64,000 bases of DNA from Candidatus Latescibacterota bacterium. GTDB lineage: Bacteria > Latescibacterota > UBA2968 > UBA8231. How positions within the stretch are numbered: position 1 is the stretch's first letter; every line of letters begins with the position of its first letter. A program made the position numbers and the translations under genes. The notes under the pieces were generated by a model. The model saw only the letters and a list, made by a program, of their open reading frames with translations, was not told the origin of the DNA and searched no databases. The stretch lies in contig OZ241867.1 of NCBI GenBank assembly GCA_965203175.1, positions 1,792,001 through 1,856,000 of the forward strand, read 5' to 3'. Below, in pieces: positions 35,684 through 47,150 of this stretch.

Positions 35684-36856
35684 TCAGCCTGAGAATGGCG
35701 CGATTGCTTTACTGCGCAGATAATCGACGTTCATCTCAATTCCCAAGCCGGGACGGTTGGACAGATGTAGGCAGCCGTCTCTGACATCCAACGGATGGTC
35801 GATCAGCACATCATAAGCGTTGAGCTTGGCGCGACTGGTCTCTAATTTGTAGAAATTCGGGACTGTCATCATCGTATGCGCCCCAGCCAGCACGTTGATG
35901 GGACCGCTTGCATCGTGTGGCGAGATCGGCACGTAGTACGCCTCCGCCTGCGTCGCAATCTTCTTCAACTCTGAAATACCACCCGCCCACGTCACATCTG
36001 GCATGATATAGTCCGCGAGTTCATTTTCAAGGACTGGCACGAACTCATAGCGGGTCTGGAGCCGCTCACCGACACAGATTGGCACGCTGACGTTCTGTCT
36101 GACCTGCTTCAATGCGTGGTAGCTTTCAACGGGGACCGGCTCTTCAAACCATCCGATGTTGTAAGGTTCCAACCTTTTCGCGAGCCGAATCGCTGTTGCT
36201 ACATCAAACCGACCGTGACAGTCGATGAGAATTTGAATGTCAGGTCCGACCGCCTCTCGAATTGCAGCGATCACATTTGCGCCCTGTTCCTCTCCTGCGG
36301 CATCCATCTGCCCACTCAAATAGCCGTTGGCTTCTTCTGGATGGTGAGGGAACGGATCGGTTTTCAACGCGGTATGACCTGTTTCTGCAATCGCTTTGCA
36401 ATGCGCTGCCGTGCTCTCTGGATCTTTCTCACCCCCTGGATGTGTGTAAAGAGATATCGAGTCCCGAACGGGTCCCCCGCCAACCAGTTCATAGATTGGT
36501 AATCCCAACTGCTTACCGCGAATATCCCACAACGCGATATCAATAGCACTGACGATATTTGAGGTGGCACCTCGTGTCCCCATGTAGGTGAACGCTCGGA
36601 AAACCTTGTTCCATATCGTCTCGATGCGCGTTGCGTCGTCGCCTTCAATTAGACTGCTGGTTTGTTCAAGCATAGCACACACTGCTCTATTTGCGACCCG
36701 GCTGGTGCCGGTAATTTCGCCCCACCCTGTGATCCCTTCGTCTGTTGAGACTTGAACGAAGATATACTCTCGTTCTCTGTTGGGGCGGTCACCGGCGGTA
36801 TCTAGGTAAGGCGCTGGTGATTTAACGAGCCACGGTGTGATTCCAGTTATTTTCAT
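35684..36856 (-). CDS. Mandelate racemase/galactonate dehydratase-like enzyme
   Basis: SAIDIALWDIRGK, IDCHG, WFEEP, GGISELKKIA. Confidence 0.92.
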   Translation of the reverse strand: MKITGITPWLVKSPAPYLDTAGDRPNREREYIFVQVSTDEGITGWGEITGTSRVANRAVCAMLEQTSSLIEGDDATRIETIWNKVFRAFTYMGTRGATSNIVSAIDIALWDIRGKQLGLPIYELVGGGPVRDSISLYTHPGGEKDPESTAAHCKAIAETGHTALKTDPFPHHPEEANGYLSGQMDAAGEEQGANVIAAIREAVGPDIQILIDCHGRFDVATAIRLAKRLEPYNIGWFEEPVPVESYHALKQVRQNVSVPICVGERLQTRYEFVPVLENELADYIMPDVTWAGGISELKKIATQAEAYYVPISPHDASGPINVLAGAHTMMTVPNFYKLETSRAKLNAYDVLIDHPLDVRDGCLHLSNRPGLGIEMNVDYLRSKAIAPFSG

Positions 36857-36987
36857 CGTTTAACCCTGTTTTCTAATGCCATTGGTTCATAAGAAGAAGC
36901 TACAAAGCCTCCGCGAATTAACGCGAATCTACGCAAAAAAAGAGAAAGACTAAAGATGGGCAACTCGCGAATGCGGTGAAGCGGGCG

Positions 36988-39351
36988 TCAGTATGCCAGC
37001 CCGATCAGACGCACGGCATCGTCCTCGCCGGTCTGAGCGCCCAGATCAATGCGGCAGAGGTAGATCCCCGGTGGCACGACCGCGCCCTGTAGATCAAATC
37101 CATTCCACAGATAAGACAGCAAACTGCCCGTCGATGACGGGCTCAGCCGCGCCACTTGGTGCCCGCTCAGGTCGAAGATCTCCACTTGCGGTGCGGACGC
37201 GGCGACCTTCAAGATGGCAAAGCGGATCGCGACCTGGTCGTTGATCCCGTCGCCATTGGGGGTGAAGACTAGTGGGTCTATCGCGAGGTCGTCGATGAGC
37301 CATCGGCTGCTAGTCAGTTCGGGCGAGAGCACGATATTGGCGCGACGGGTCATGGCCTCCACCGATTGCCACAGCCCCGGTCGCTCATTGGTGCCGAGGT
37401 CGAGGGCGAAGAGGGCGGCGTTTTGCAGGACGCGGGTAGTAAAGCTGACTTCGAGCGAGTCGGCGGCAATCACCTCTGGCAGGGCGATGAAGAGCGAGTC
37501 GCCCCGCGCTTCCACTCCTACGGGATCGATGGGTGCCGCTCCCGCGCTCACCTCGACGCCGGCCTCGAGATCGACCGGCCCGGGCAGGGTAAAGCGCAAG
37601 AGGTCGAAGCCGCTGTCTGCGGGCAGCGTGCGCGTCGCCAAGGCGTAGGTGAAGCGGGTGGCCTCGTTGGGGCGCACCTCGCGCGGCTCGATGCGTCCCA
37701 AGGCCTCCTGCACCAAAGCCTCTTCAAACTCGATCGCTAGCGAGTGGACCGTCGGTGCGAAATCGGGGTCGTCGGTGGCGAAGATCAGTTCCAATTGCAC
37801 AAAGCGGCGCGGACTTTCCGACTTGAAGGGATCACCCGAGGACTGGTACTCGCTGCTCCACGCACTCCAGTCTTCGCCCACCACCAAGGCGGTGTCGATG
37901 GGGCCTTTGAGAACCTTGGGAAGACTGTTGTATTTCTCCTCGGTGACCTCGTCCCCCTTCTTGTCGTAGAAGGTGTATTGCTCACTGAGCGCGTTGCCCG
38001 AGCGCGAGCGCAATTGGATGCGGGTGTGGGCGGGCAGCTCGGCGTCCCAGGAGAGTGCGTTGATGACCTTGGGGCGGCCGTCTGCAGAACCCAGATCGAT
38101 AAAGGCGGATCGCAGCACGACTTGGGCGGGATAGCCGGGTGAGAAGACCATGAACTCCCCCCATTTGGCCTGACCCCAGCCGCTGTCGGTGACGCCGTGC
38201 CAGAACAAATAGCGCATTTTGCGCGGTCTGAAGAGATAGCGGATATAGAACAGGCGGTCGGTGCCGGGGTTGAGGTGAGTGAGCAGTTCGGCGTAGTCGA
38301 AGGGCTCTGCTACCGGTAGGCCGCTGACTAGGGCGCGGGTGCCGTCCGAAAAGAGGATGGTGTGGCCGGGACCGGTGCCGCCGACGCCAAAGCCCAGGGT
38401 GCCCTCCTGCTGGCGCATCGAATAGATGAACATTTCGTCGACGAAAAACACCGCGCCCAAGTCGACTCCGAACCACACGCCGTTTTCCTTCCAACCCAGT
38501 TCGCCAACGCCTGAGGAAATGGAGTTGTTGGTGTTGAGATTAGCGTCGAACAGGTTGGCGGTGGCAGTGGCGCGAGCCCCGTCGGTGAAGGAGCCGCGCC
38601 GGTCGGTGCCGATGGCGATATTGTCCCCGATGCCGAAAACCTCGATTTCGGCGAGGGCCCCGTCCGCGCTCTGTTCCTCGGCCATGATACTGATGTACTG
38701 GATGAGCTGGTAGTGGTCGCGGCGATCCGGTTCTACTCGCAGGCCGGCGTCGATCACCAAGGTACTGTCGTTGCCGGGAAATCCGAGGGGTATGGCGATG
38801 GAGGTCGCCTCATTAGGTCGGGTGGTGCGATAGACCGAGCGGAAAAGAAAGACGTCTCGGGTGGCGACGATGCGCACACCAGTATTGACCAGCACGGTAA
38901 ACTGCCTGAGGGGACGGGCCCCTTCCCGGTTGGGAAAAATCAGGTGGATTTCGCGAGCGAGTACGGCGCGCCCTAGGTCGATGGTGATAAACCAGTCTTC
39001 GGGTGCCGCGCCGGGATCGGGCTGCCAGAAGGTCTCGGGATCGCCGTCGATGGCCAGCGCGGCCGTCTCCGGGCTGGAGCCCACTTCCCAGATGCCACCG
39101 AAAACCGAGTCGCCGCGCTCTTTGGTCTCGTGCGCGAATAGGTGAGCGTCCTGTACCGCGTTGATATCTTTGCGGAATTTGACCAGCTGTAACTGTCCCT
39201 CGGTCCCGACCTGTGTCAGGCCGAAGGGCTTTTCCCAGGTCGCCCATTCTGCGGCGCTATCGAAGACCAGTTGGTCGGCGCAGACCGGAACCGCGCACAG
39301 CAGTAAGGCGCAGATGGCGCAGATGGCAAGGTGCTTGCCCGACATAGCCAT
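36988..39351 (-). CDS. Secreted protein with C-terminal FlgD-type Ig domain
   Basis: Signal peptide; discoidin-like AIDGDPETFW..ITIDLG; FTPNGDGIND..WNG..PPGIYL. Confidence 0.8.
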   Translation of the reverse strand: MAMSGKHLAICAICALLLCAVPVCADQLVFDSAAEWATWEKPFGLTQVGTEGQLQLVKFRKDINAVQDAHLFAHETKERGDSVFGGIWEVGSSPETAALAIDGDPETFWQPDPGAAPEDWFITIDLGRAVLAREIHLIFPNREGARPLRQFTVLVNTGVRIVATRDVFLFRSVYRTTRPNEATSIAIPLGFPGNDSTLVIDAGLRVEPDRRDHYQLIQYISIMAEEQSADGALAEIEVFGIGDNIAIGTDRRGSFTDGARATATANLFDANLNTNNSISSGVGELGWKENGVWFGVDLGAVFFVDEMFIYSMRQQEGTLGFGVGGTGPGHTILFSDGTRALVSGLPVAEPFDYAELLTHLNPGTDRLFYIRYLFRPRKMRYLFWHGVTDSGWGQAKWGEFMVFSPGYPAQVVLRSAFIDLGSADGRPKVINALSWDAELPAHTRIQLRSRSGNALSEQYTFYDKKGDEVTEEKYNSLPKVLKGPIDTALVVGEDWSAWSSEYQSSGDPFKSESPRRFVQLELIFATDDPDFAPTVHSLAIEFEEALVQEALGRIEPREVRPNEATRFTYALATRTLPADSGFDLLRFTLPGPVDLEAGVEVSAGAAPIDPVGVEARGDSLFIALPEVIAADSLEVSFTTRVLQNAALFALDLGTNERPGLWQSVEAMTRRANIVLSPELTSSRWLIDDLAIDPLVFTPNGDGINDQVAIRFAILKVAASAPQVEIFDLSGHQVARLSPSSTGSLLSYLWNGFDLQGAVVPPGIYLCRIDLGAQTGEDDAVRLIGLAY

Positions 39352-39357
39352 TACCTC

Positions 39358-41409
39358 TTAGTAGGCGATACCCAAAGGGAGGATCTGTGCCGAGGTGGCA
39401 AATTCGGCATTGGGGGCGACACTCAGGAGGTAGACGCCGGGCGGTAGCAGTTCACCGCCCTCGTCGCGTCCGTCCCATTCTGTTTCCTGCGGGCCGGCGG
39501 CCTGATGCCCAGCGTCAATGCGGGCCAGTCTGCGTCCGTCGAGGGCGTAGATCTCCAGCGCAACTGGCACCAATTCGGGCAGGCGAAAAAGCGTGTAGTG
39601 GATCTGCAGGCGATCGTGGACGCCGTCGCCGTTGGGGGTCAGCACCGGGGTCGAGAAGCTCAGTTCCTGGACCGCGCTCGGGGTAGAGTCCGCCACCCCC
39701 AGCACGTGCAGGCTATTGGTCGACAGCGCTTGGCCGGCGTCGCCGCCGATGACCGGCTGTGGCAAGACCTCGCGCTCACTGTCGAAGACCTCGCCGGTAA
39801 ACGTGGTGGCAAAGGAGAATAGCGCGGTTGAGAAGAACAGGCGCAGCGGCGGGTTGTTGGCGCGGGTGACGCGGGTGGGCAGGAGGACGAGCAGGCCGTC
39901 TGCTGACTCGATAATCTCGGCGGGTGCGACTATTGCGAGCGGTTGGCCCATCTCCAAGCCGGCGAAGCGGGTACGGCTGCCCGTGCGGATGCGCAGCGCG
40001 TCAAAGCCAGGGGCGTCGACCTGAGAAAAATCGGCCCGCAGGTCGTAGACGAAGTCAGTCTCCTGCCCCAAGGCGACCTCGGTGAAACCGCGTGCCGGTT
40101 GTGGGTCGGAGCGCAGGGCGACCTCGCCGATAATGTCGCCAGCCAAAAGCGGAGCGGTTTCGATCCACAGCGAGTCGAGGCGGATGAAATCGTCGAAGGA
40201 CCGGCTTTCGAGCGCAATCCGCAATTGCAAATGAGAACCGCTGCGCAGATTGAGCGGCAGGCCCGGTTGGGTGAAGGGCACCGACCAGAAAGTCCAGTTC
40301 TCGTCGTCGTACCCGATGGAGGCGCGCAGGCCGGGGCGCGGCTCCAAGGTGACGATGGGTGACTCGAGGTTAGGGCGGAACTGGCGGGTGCGCAGTTGGT
40401 TTTCGTAGCGCTCGCGCGCGACGACGCGTTCAAAACCCGTCGCCATGTACTCGTGATAGACGGCGGGGTCCCCGTCGCGGCCGGTGCGCACCTCGATCTT
40501 GACTCCGACCGCGGCGTCGGGCGTCTCCACGGGCGCTCCGCCGACCATGCGCAAGGACGTGGTCCGCCAGAACAGCCGCCCGAAGTTCACCGATTGGCCG
40601 AGGTCGGTGATACTGGTTTTGTAGATGGCCTTGCGGGGCACGCCCTCGGCAAAGAGCTCGAACTCGGCAATGGTGCCGGGTGGGGCATCCCGGTATTGGC
40701 CGCGGACGAAGGAGGCGAGAAAGTCCTCGTCGAGAACCGAGACCTGCCGCCGATAGCGCACGAAGCGCACGTAGCGGCGAGGGAAGGGAATCGCGACGCG
40801 CGGTTCGAAATTCTCATCGACATCGGCGATGATATGTGAGAGAGGCTCCAGCGTGCCTTCGACGATGGGCCGCTCGGATTCGCTGGCGACCGACACGTCG
40901 TAGCCGGGAATTGCGTCGGTTTTGAGGGGCGTGCCGTCGGAGCGGAAGCCTTGGCTGGGGGTGGTAAAGCCGAAGGAGACGGCTGGCACGGCGACGGCCA
41001 GATCCATGGTGTAAACCTCGCGTTCGAGCGGCACGGCGCGGGGCGGGTAATAGGTGGCGTCGTCGCCGTCGATAAGCAGGCTGCCACTGGGGGCAGCTAG
41101 GCCGTCGCTCCACTTCCAAGTGCGCGGGGTCTCGCCGTCGACGTAGCCGAGGACGATATCGCTGGGGTCGCGCCAGAAAACCCAGTTGTCGAGGTGGGAA
41201 AAAACCGTTTTTTCAGGCGTCAGGTAGATGGGCTGGATGGAGCCGGGCGCGCTGACGAAGTCGATGAACAGACGCGTGGTGTCGCTTTCGCTCCACGACA
41301 GGCCAGCGCCGCCCAGCTTCCACGCCGAGATCTGGGCGGGGGCCGGCTGCGCTATCAGCACCAGCGCGAATAACAATACGCAACCGAATGAGGACTGCTT
41401 CAGAGCCAT
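39358..41409 (-). CDS. Secreted protein with C-terminal FlgD-type Ig domain
   Basis: Signal peptide; LTPNGDGVHD..WDGRDEGG..PPGVYL; start MALKQ. Confidence 0.8.
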   Translation of the reverse strand: MALKQSSFGCVLLFALVLIAQPAPAQISAWKLGGAGLSWSESDTTRLFIDFVSAPGSIQPIYLTPEKTVFSHLDNWVFWRDPSDIVLGYVDGETPRTWKWSDGLAAPSGSLLIDGDDATYYPPRAVPLEREVYTMDLAVAVPAVSFGFTTPSQGFRSDGTPLKTDAIPGYDVSVASESERPIVEGTLEPLSHIIADVDENFEPRVAIPFPRRYVRFVRYRRQVSVLDEDFLASFVRGQYRDAPPGTIAEFELFAEGVPRKAIYKTSITDLGQSVNFGRLFWRTTSLRMVGGAPVETPDAAVGVKIEVRTGRDGDPAVYHEYMATGFERVVARERYENQLRTRQFRPNLESPIVTLEPRPGLRASIGYDDENWTFWSVPFTQPGLPLNLRSGSHLQLRIALESRSFDDFIRLDSLWIETAPLLAGDIIGEVALRSDPQPARGFTEVALGQETDFVYDLRADFSQVDAPGFDALRIRTGSRTRFAGLEMGQPLAIVAPAEIIESADGLLVLLPTRVTRANNPPLRLFFSTALFSFATTFTGEVFDSEREVLPQPVIGGDAGQALSTNSLHVLGVADSTPSAVQELSFSTPVLTPNGDGVHDRLQIHYTLFRLPELVPVALEIYALDGRRLARIDAGHQAAGPQETEWDGRDEGGELLPPGVYLLSVAPNAEFATSAQILPLGIAY

Positions 41410-41468
41410 AGAGAATCTTTCAATACGCAACGCATAATAAATAATAATTATACGGCGCAAAGCGAATC

Positions 41469-43088
41469 CTATTTGTTCTCTCCGTCCTCTATCGCCTCAA
41501 TGTCAAAAGCCGCCGCGATCAACGCCCGCGTGTAGGTTTCTTGTGGCGCGGCAAAAACCTCCTGCGTCGGTCCCTGCTCAACTACCAACCCCTCCTTCAT
41601 CACAATCAGTTCGCTCGCCAAGGCGCGGACCACCTTCAAATCGTGACTGATGAACAAATAGGCTAGGCCGTGCCGCTCTTGCAGTTGCAGCAGCAGCTCG
41701 ACGATTTGGGCCTGCACTGTTTTGTCTAAGGCGCTAGTCGGTTCGTCGAGGACCACAAAGCGCGGCTTGAGGGCCATGGCGCGGGCGATGGCGATGCGCT
41801 GGCGTTGGCCGCCGGAGAACTCGTGTGGGTAGCGGTCCATGGTCAACGGGTCTAGGTTGACTTCGGCCATAGTCTCGGCTACTAGCTGCCGACGCTGGTG
41901 GTAGTCACCGCCAATCGCGTGAATCAGCAGGCCCTCCTCGATAATCTGAAAAGCCGACAGCCGCGGACTCAGCGAGGCGAAGGGATCCTGGAAGACGATC
42001 TGCATCTGCCGGCGCAGCGGGCGGATTTGCTTTTGCTGCCAGCCTTGGATATCGCGGTTGTCGAATTCGATGGGGCCTTCGCTGGCCACCAGACGCAAGA
42101 GTGCTTGGCCCAAGGTGGTCTTGCCCGAACCGGATTCGCCGACGATGCCGACAGTCTGCCCCGCGCGGATATTGAGCGAAATTCCATCGACTGCTTTTAC
42201 ATAGCCCACAGTGCGGCGCAGCAGACCGCGCTTGATGGGAAAGTGGACCTTGAGGTTGTGGGTGCGGATGACTTCGGGCGCGGTCTCGTCGATCGGAGCC
42301 GGTTCGCCCTGGGGCTCGGCGGCTAGGAGCGTGCGGGTATAGGGGTGTTGCGGAGCGGTGAAGAGAGACTCGGTGGTATTGTGTTCGACGATCTCGCCGT
42401 CGCTCATCACATAGACGCGATCGGCCATGTGGCGGACGATGCCCAGATCGTGGGTGATTAGCAGAATCGCCATGCCTAACCGGGCTTGCAGATCCTTGAG
42501 CAGGGCGAGGATCTGCGCCTGAATGGTCACATCGAGCGCCGTAGTCGGCTCGTCGGCGATGAGCAGGTCTGGCTCGTTGGCCAAGGCCATGGCAATCATC
42601 ACCCGCTGGCGCTGACCGCCCGAAAGCTGGTGCGGCCAAGCGTCTAAGCGCTCCTCCACATCGGGGAGGCCGACCAACCCAAGAAGCTCCATAGCCCGAT
42701 CGCGCGCTTCCACGCGGCTCAGGCCCCGATGCAGGATGAGCGTTTCGCACAGTTGCTTTTCGATGGAGTGCAGCGGGTTGAGCGAGGTCATCGGCTCTTG
42801 GAAAACCATCGCCACGCGATTTCCGCGCAGTGCCTGCAACTGCGCTGATGCAGCCCCCAACAGTTCCTCGCCATTGAGGCGGACGCTGCCTTGGGGATGG
42901 CTGGCGCGCGGGTAGGGCAACAGTTGCAGCACCGAGAGCGCGGTCACCGACTTGCCCGAGCCGGATTCGCCGACCAGCGCCACGGTCTCGCCGCGTTCGA
43001 TGCTGAGCGAAGCACTGCGCACGGCCTCGACATCTTCTCCCTCGACGTGGAAGCGCACGCCCAAGTCTTCGATGGTCAGCAAGCTCAT
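41469..43088 (-). CDS. yejF: ABC transporter ATP-binding protein (two NBDs), YejF-like
   Basis: GESGSGKS and [16 protein letters not shown] and FSGGQRQR; operon context. Confidence 0.9.
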   Translation of the reverse strand: MSLLTIEDLGVRFHVEGEDVEAVRSASLSIERGETVALVGESGSGKSVTALSVLQLLPYPRASHPQGSVRLNGEELLGAASAQLQALRGNRVAMVFQEPMTSLNPLHSIEKQLCETLILHRGLSRVEARDRAMELLGLVGLPDVEERLDAWPHQLSGGQRQRVMIAMALANEPDLLIADEPTTALDVTIQAQILALLKDLQARLGMAILLITHDLGIVRHMADRVYVMSDGEIVEHNTTESLFTAPQHPYTRTLLAAEPQGEPAPIDETAPEVIRTHNLKVHFPIKRGLLRRTVGYVKAVDGISLNIRAGQTVGIVGESGSGKTTLGQALLRLVASEGPIEFDNRDIQGWQQKQIRPLRRQMQIVFQDPFASLSPRLSAFQIIEEGLLIHAIGGDYHQRRQLVAETMAEVNLDPLTMDRYPHEFSGGQRQRIAIARAMALKPRFVVLDEPTSALDKTVQAQIVELLLQLQERHGLAYLFISHDLKVVRALASELIVMKEGLVVEQGPTQEVFAAPQETYTRALIAAAFDIEAIEDGENK

Positions 43089-44173
43089 GCGCCGTCCTCC
43101 CCAGCGTAGGTCTTGCGCGGATCAAACGCGTCGCGCACCGCCTCGCCGATAAAGACCAACAGCGACAGCATCACCGCCAGCGCTAAAAAAGCCGTAAAAC
43201 CCAGCCACGGCGCTTGCAAGTTGCGCTTGCCTTGATTGAGCAGTTCGCCCAGCGACGGCGAGCCGGGCGGCAGGCCAAAGCCGAGGAAGTCGAGCGAGGT
43301 CAGCACCGCCACCGAGCCGGTAAGCACAAAGGGCAAAAAGGTCAGGGTCGAGACCATGGCGTTGGGCAGCACGTGTCGCCACATGATGCGGCGGTTGCTC
43401 TGGCCGAGGGCGCGGGCCGCTTTGACGAAGTCGAAGTTGCGCGCGCGCAAAAATTCGGCGCGGACAACCCCGACCAAACCCATCCAGCGAAATAGCAGCA
43501 ACAAGCCAAGGAGCCACCAGAAATTCGGCTCCACCACGCTGGCGAGGATGATCAGCAAGTAGAGTAGCGGCAAGCCCTGCCAGATCTCGATAAAGCGTTG
43601 AAAGAGCAAGTCCACCCAGCCGCCGAAATACCCCTGCACCGCGCCTGCGGCAATGCCGACCGCAGCGCTGAACAGCGTCAGCAGTAGGCCGAAGAGCACT
43701 GAGATGCGGTAGCCGTAGATCACGCGCGCCACCACGTCGCGCGCTTGGTCGTCCGTGCCGAGCCAGTTTTCAGCGTCGGGCGGGGAAGGTGCCGGCTGCT
43801 TGAGGTCGTAGTTGACCGTGTCGTAGCTATAGGACACCAGCGGCCACAAGATCCAGCCCTTTCCCTCGATTAGTTCCACGACGAAGGGGTCGCGGTATTC
43901 GGCTTCGGTCGCAAAATCGCCGCCAAAGGTCGTTTCGGGATACGTCGCGAGGACCGGGAAGTAGTAGCTGCCGTCGAACCGGACGACTAGCGGACGGTCG
44001 TTGGCAATGAACTCAGCCGGCAGGCTCAGGGCGAAGAGGCCCCAGAAGACCCAGAAACTCCAAAAGCCGCGGCGATTGCGGCGAAAATTGGCCAGCCGCC
44101 GTTGATTGAGCCGCGACAACTGCAAGCCGAAAAAGCGCGTCGGAGGGGGCGGTGGGGCGGATACAGCGCTCAT
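43085..44173 (-). CDS. yejE: ABC transporter permease, YejE-like
   Basis: [42 protein letters not shown]. Confidence 0.92.
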   Translation of the reverse strand: MSAVSAPPPPPTRFFGLQLSRLNQRRLANFRRNRRGFWSFWVFWGLFALSLPAEFIANDRPLVVRFDGSYYFPVLATYPETTFGGDFATEAEYRDPFVVELIEGKGWILWPLVSYSYDTVNYDLKQPAPSPPDAENWLGTDDQARDVVARVIYGYRISVLFGLLLTLFSAAVGIAAGAVQGYFGGWVDLLFQRFIEIWQGLPLLYLLIILASVVEPNFWWLLGLLLLFRWMGLVGVVRAEFLRARNFDFVKAARALGQSNRRIMWRHVLPNAMVSTLTFLPFVLTGSVAVLTSLDFLGFGLPPGSPSLGELLNQGKRNLQAPWLGFTAFLALAVMLSLLVFIGEAVRDAFDPRKTYAGEDGA

Positions 44174-45273
44174 GACTCGCGGCTTTCAAAGTCGATGCGG
44201 CGATCGACCAGCGTATAGGTCAAATCGCCCACCAACTGCATCAACAGGCCCAGCAACGTGAAGAAATACAGCGTGGCAAACATCACCGGGTAATCGCGGC
44301 CAATCGCCGCCTCGTAGCCCAACAAGCCCAACCCATCCAATGAGAAGATGATTTCCGTCAGCAGCGCACCGGTGAAGAAGATATCGACAAAAGCACTGGG
44401 GAAACCGGCAATGACGATCAACATGGCGTTGCGGAAGACGTGGCCGTAGAGCACCCGGTTTTCGCTCAGGCCCTTGGCGCGGGCGGTGGTGACGTAGAGC
44501 TTGTTGATCTCGTCGAGGAAGGAGTTTTTGGTCAGCAAGGTCAGCCCGGCAAAACCGCCGATGACCATCGCCGCAACCGGCAGCGCTAAGTGCCAAAAGT
44601 AGTCGGCGATCTTGGCAAAGAGGCTCAGTTCATCCCAATTAGACGAGGTCAGGCCGCGCAGCGGAAACCAGTCGAGATAATGCCCACCGGCAAAGACCAC
44701 GATCAGCAGGATGGCAAAGAGGAAGCTGGGGATGGCGTAGCCGACGATGACCAGCCCCGAGGTCCAGACGTCGAACCGCGAGCCATCGCGCACGGCCTTG
44801 GCGATCCCCAAGGGAATGGAAATGAAATAGACCAGCAGCGTGGTCCACAGCCCCAGCGAAATCGACACCGGCATCTTCTCCTTGACCAAATCGACGACCC
44901 TTTGGTCGCGGTAAAAGCTCTCGCCAAAGTCGAAGCGCACGTACTGGCCGATCATCTGCAAGAAGCGCTCGTGTACCGGCTTGTCGAAGCCGTACATGCG
45001 TTCGAGCTCGGCGATCAGTTCGGGGTCGAGCCCTTGGGCACCGCGGTATTTGCTGCTGATCTCGCCGCCCGGCGTCGCCTCGGTGTCGAGGGTCTCGCCC
45101 ATGCCCGAGCCGCTGACCCGCTCGGTGGCGTCCGTGCCAAAGCCCTGAATCACCGCGATAGTGCGCTCGACCGGGCCGCCCGGTGCCGCTTGGATGATGA
45201 TGAAGTTGATGGTCATGATGCCGAAGAGCGTCGGCACCATCAACAGCAGGCGGCGGAGGATGTAAGCGCCCAT
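44170..45273 (-). CDS. yejB: ABC transporter permease, YejB-like
   Basis: [36 protein letters not shown]. Confidence 0.93.
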   Translation of the reverse strand: MGAYILRRLLLMVPTLFGIMTINFIIIQAAPGGPVERTIAVIQGFGTDATERVSGSGMGETLDTEATPGGEISSKYRGAQGLDPELIAELERMYGFDKPVHERFLQMIGQYVRFDFGESFYRDQRVVDLVKEKMPVSISLGLWTTLLVYFISIPLGIAKAVRDGSRFDVWTSGLVIVGYAIPSFLFAILLIVVFAGGHYLDWFPLRGLTSSNWDELSLFAKIADYFWHLALPVAAMVIGGFAGLTLLTKNSFLDEINKLYVTTARAKGLSENRVLYGHVFRNAMLIVIAGFPSAFVDIFFTGALLTEIIFSLDGLGLLGYEAAIGRDYPVMFATLYFFTLLGLLMQLVGDLTYTLVDRRIDFESRES

Positions 45274-45282
45274 AAAATTGGG

Positions 45283-47103
45283 CTAACGGCCCTGCTCCAG
45301 CCGCGCCGCCTTCTCTGCGTCGTACCACCAAGTGTAGGGCATGACGAAGTAGTCGCCGGTGTAGGGGGCGGACAAGGCGGGTTTGCCGAATTTGTCCCAG
45401 TGGACCACGCGGAAATTGTCGCTGTACCAGTGCGGGATGGTGTAGTGCCCCCACAGCAATACCCGGTCCAGCGCCCGAGTCGTCGCTACCAGTTCGGCGC
45501 GGCTAGGAGCCTGAATCAGTCGTTCGACCAACTCATCGACGACCGGGTCTTTAATACCGGCAACGTTGTCGCTGCCCGGCTCGTCCGCGACGGCGCTGGT
45601 CCAGTAGTTGCGCTGCTCATTGCCGGGACTGTGGCTCTGACCCCGAACCAGTGAGATGATATCGTAATCAAATGCCTGGACCCTGTTTTGATACTGGGTC
45701 CGATCGACAGTGCGGATCGTCGCTTTGACGCCGAGGCGTTCGAGGTTGGGGATCATCGGCGCGACAATGCGTTCCCACGACGAGCTGGAGAGCAAAAATT
45801 CGATTTCCATGACCTCGCCGGTCTCGGCGTGGGTCAGGACATCATCGGCAACAACCCAACCTGCTGCTTGCAACAACCTTTTGGCGCGGCGCAGGTTTTG
45901 ACGGAGCTGACCTGAACCGTCGGTGGTGGGTAGCTGAAACTCAGTGGTAAAAAGTTTGTTGGGAATGCGGCCTCGGTACTCCTCCAAAATTTCCAACTCC
46001 CGGCCCGAGGGCAGCCCCGCAGAGGCCAATTCCGAATTGGCGAAGTAGCTGTTGCTGCGGGTGTAGAGGCCGTAGAACAGATTCTTTTTGGTCCACTCGA
46101 AGTCAAAGGCATAGCCGAGGGCTTGCCGCACCCGAGGATCGGAAAACTTGGCGCGGCGCGTGTTGAACCAGAAAGCCTGCATACCAGCGGCGCGCTGATG
46201 GGGCAGTGGGTCCTTGACTAGCCTGCCAGCGGCCACGGCTTCTCCCTCGTAAGCCGTTGACCAGTCCTTGGACGAGTTTTCGCGGCGGTAGTCAAATTCT
46301 CCGGCCTTAAGTGCCTCGATGGCCACGGTCTGGTCGCGGTAGTAGTCGAAGTGGATGCGGTCGAAGTTGAAGCGGCCCTTGTTGACGGGCAGGTCGCGGC
46401 CCCAGTAGTCTGCAACGCGCTCGTAGGTGATCGAGCGCCCGGCCTCGACCGCGGCGATTCGGTAGGGACCACTACCCAGTGGCGGGTCGAGCGTGGTTTC
46501 CTCAAAGTTGCGGCCCTCCCAGTAGTGTTTGGGTAGAATGGGCATCTGGCCGGAGATTAGCGGCAGTTCTTTGTTAGTCTCTCCGCTGAAGATCAACCGG
46601 ACCTGGTGCGTCCCAACCTTTTCGGCTGTCTCGATGGCCGCAAAGTAGTTGCGCAAGCCGGGATTCCCCTTGGTCTTATAAGTCTCCAGAGAGAAAATCA
46701 CGTCCTCGGGGGTTATCGGCCTGCCGTCGTGCCAGCGCGCCTCCGACCGCAAGGTATAAAGAACCCAGGAATTGTCGGGAGGAACTTCGATGCACTCGAC
46801 GAGGCAGCCGTATCCGACGGCGATTTCGTCTTCGGCGCTTTCAGTGAGGGTGTCGTAGATCAAGCTACCCAGACCCGGCGGTTCAAGACCCTTGAGGATA
46901 TGGGGATTAAGGTTGTCAAAGGTGCCAATCCAACCTAAGCGCAGCGTACCGCCCTTCGGGGCGTCGGGATTGACATATTCAAAATGGGTAAAGTCTGGGC
47001 CGTATTTGAGTTCGCCGTAGAGGGAGATGCCGTGACCGACGTAGTTGTCGGCACGGACGGGAAGCGCTGTCAGGATGGCGATTAAGAAAAGTGCGATGTG
47101 CAT
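45283..47103 (-). CDS. yejA: Extracellular solute-binding protein, YejA-like (copy 2)
   Basis: FTHFEYVNPDAPKGG, DYWGRDLPVNKGRFNFD; start MHIALF. Confidence 0.9.
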   Translation of the reverse strand: MHIALFLIAILTALPVRADNYVGHGISLYGELKYGPDFTHFEYVNPDAPKGGTLRLGWIGTFDNLNPHILKGLEPPGLGSLIYDTLTESAEDEIAVGYGCLVECIEVPPDNSWVLYTLRSEARWHDGRPITPEDVIFSLETYKTKGNPGLRNYFAAIETAEKVGTHQVRLIFSGETNKELPLISGQMPILPKHYWEGRNFEETTLDPPLGSGPYRIAAVEAGRSITYERVADYWGRDLPVNKGRFNFDRIHFDYYRDQTVAIEALKAGEFDYRRENSSKDWSTAYEGEAVAAGRLVKDPLPHQRAAGMQAFWFNTRRAKFSDPRVRQALGYAFDFEWTKKNLFYGLYTRSNSYFANSELASAGLPSGRELEILEEYRGRIPNKLFTTEFQLPTTDGSGQLRQNLRRAKRLLQAAGWVVADDVLTHAETGEVMEIEFLLSSSSWERIVAPMIPNLERLGVKATIRTVDRTQYQNRVQAFDYDIISLVRGQSHSPGNEQRNYWTSAVADEPGSDNVAGIKDPVVDELVERLIQAPSRAELVATTRALDRVLLWGHYTIPHWYSDNFRVVHWDKFGKPALSAPYTGDYFVMPYTWWYDAEKAARLEQGR

Positions 47104-47150
47104 AGTCAACTTTCTGTCAATGGACGATTCAAGCGCGACATTCACGACAT

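Noticed and set aside
36905-36940. ccgcgaattaacgcgaatctacgcaaa, resembling short repeats seen near GxxExxY genes
   Set aside because: Single short degenerate copy with no associated gene; cannot be supported
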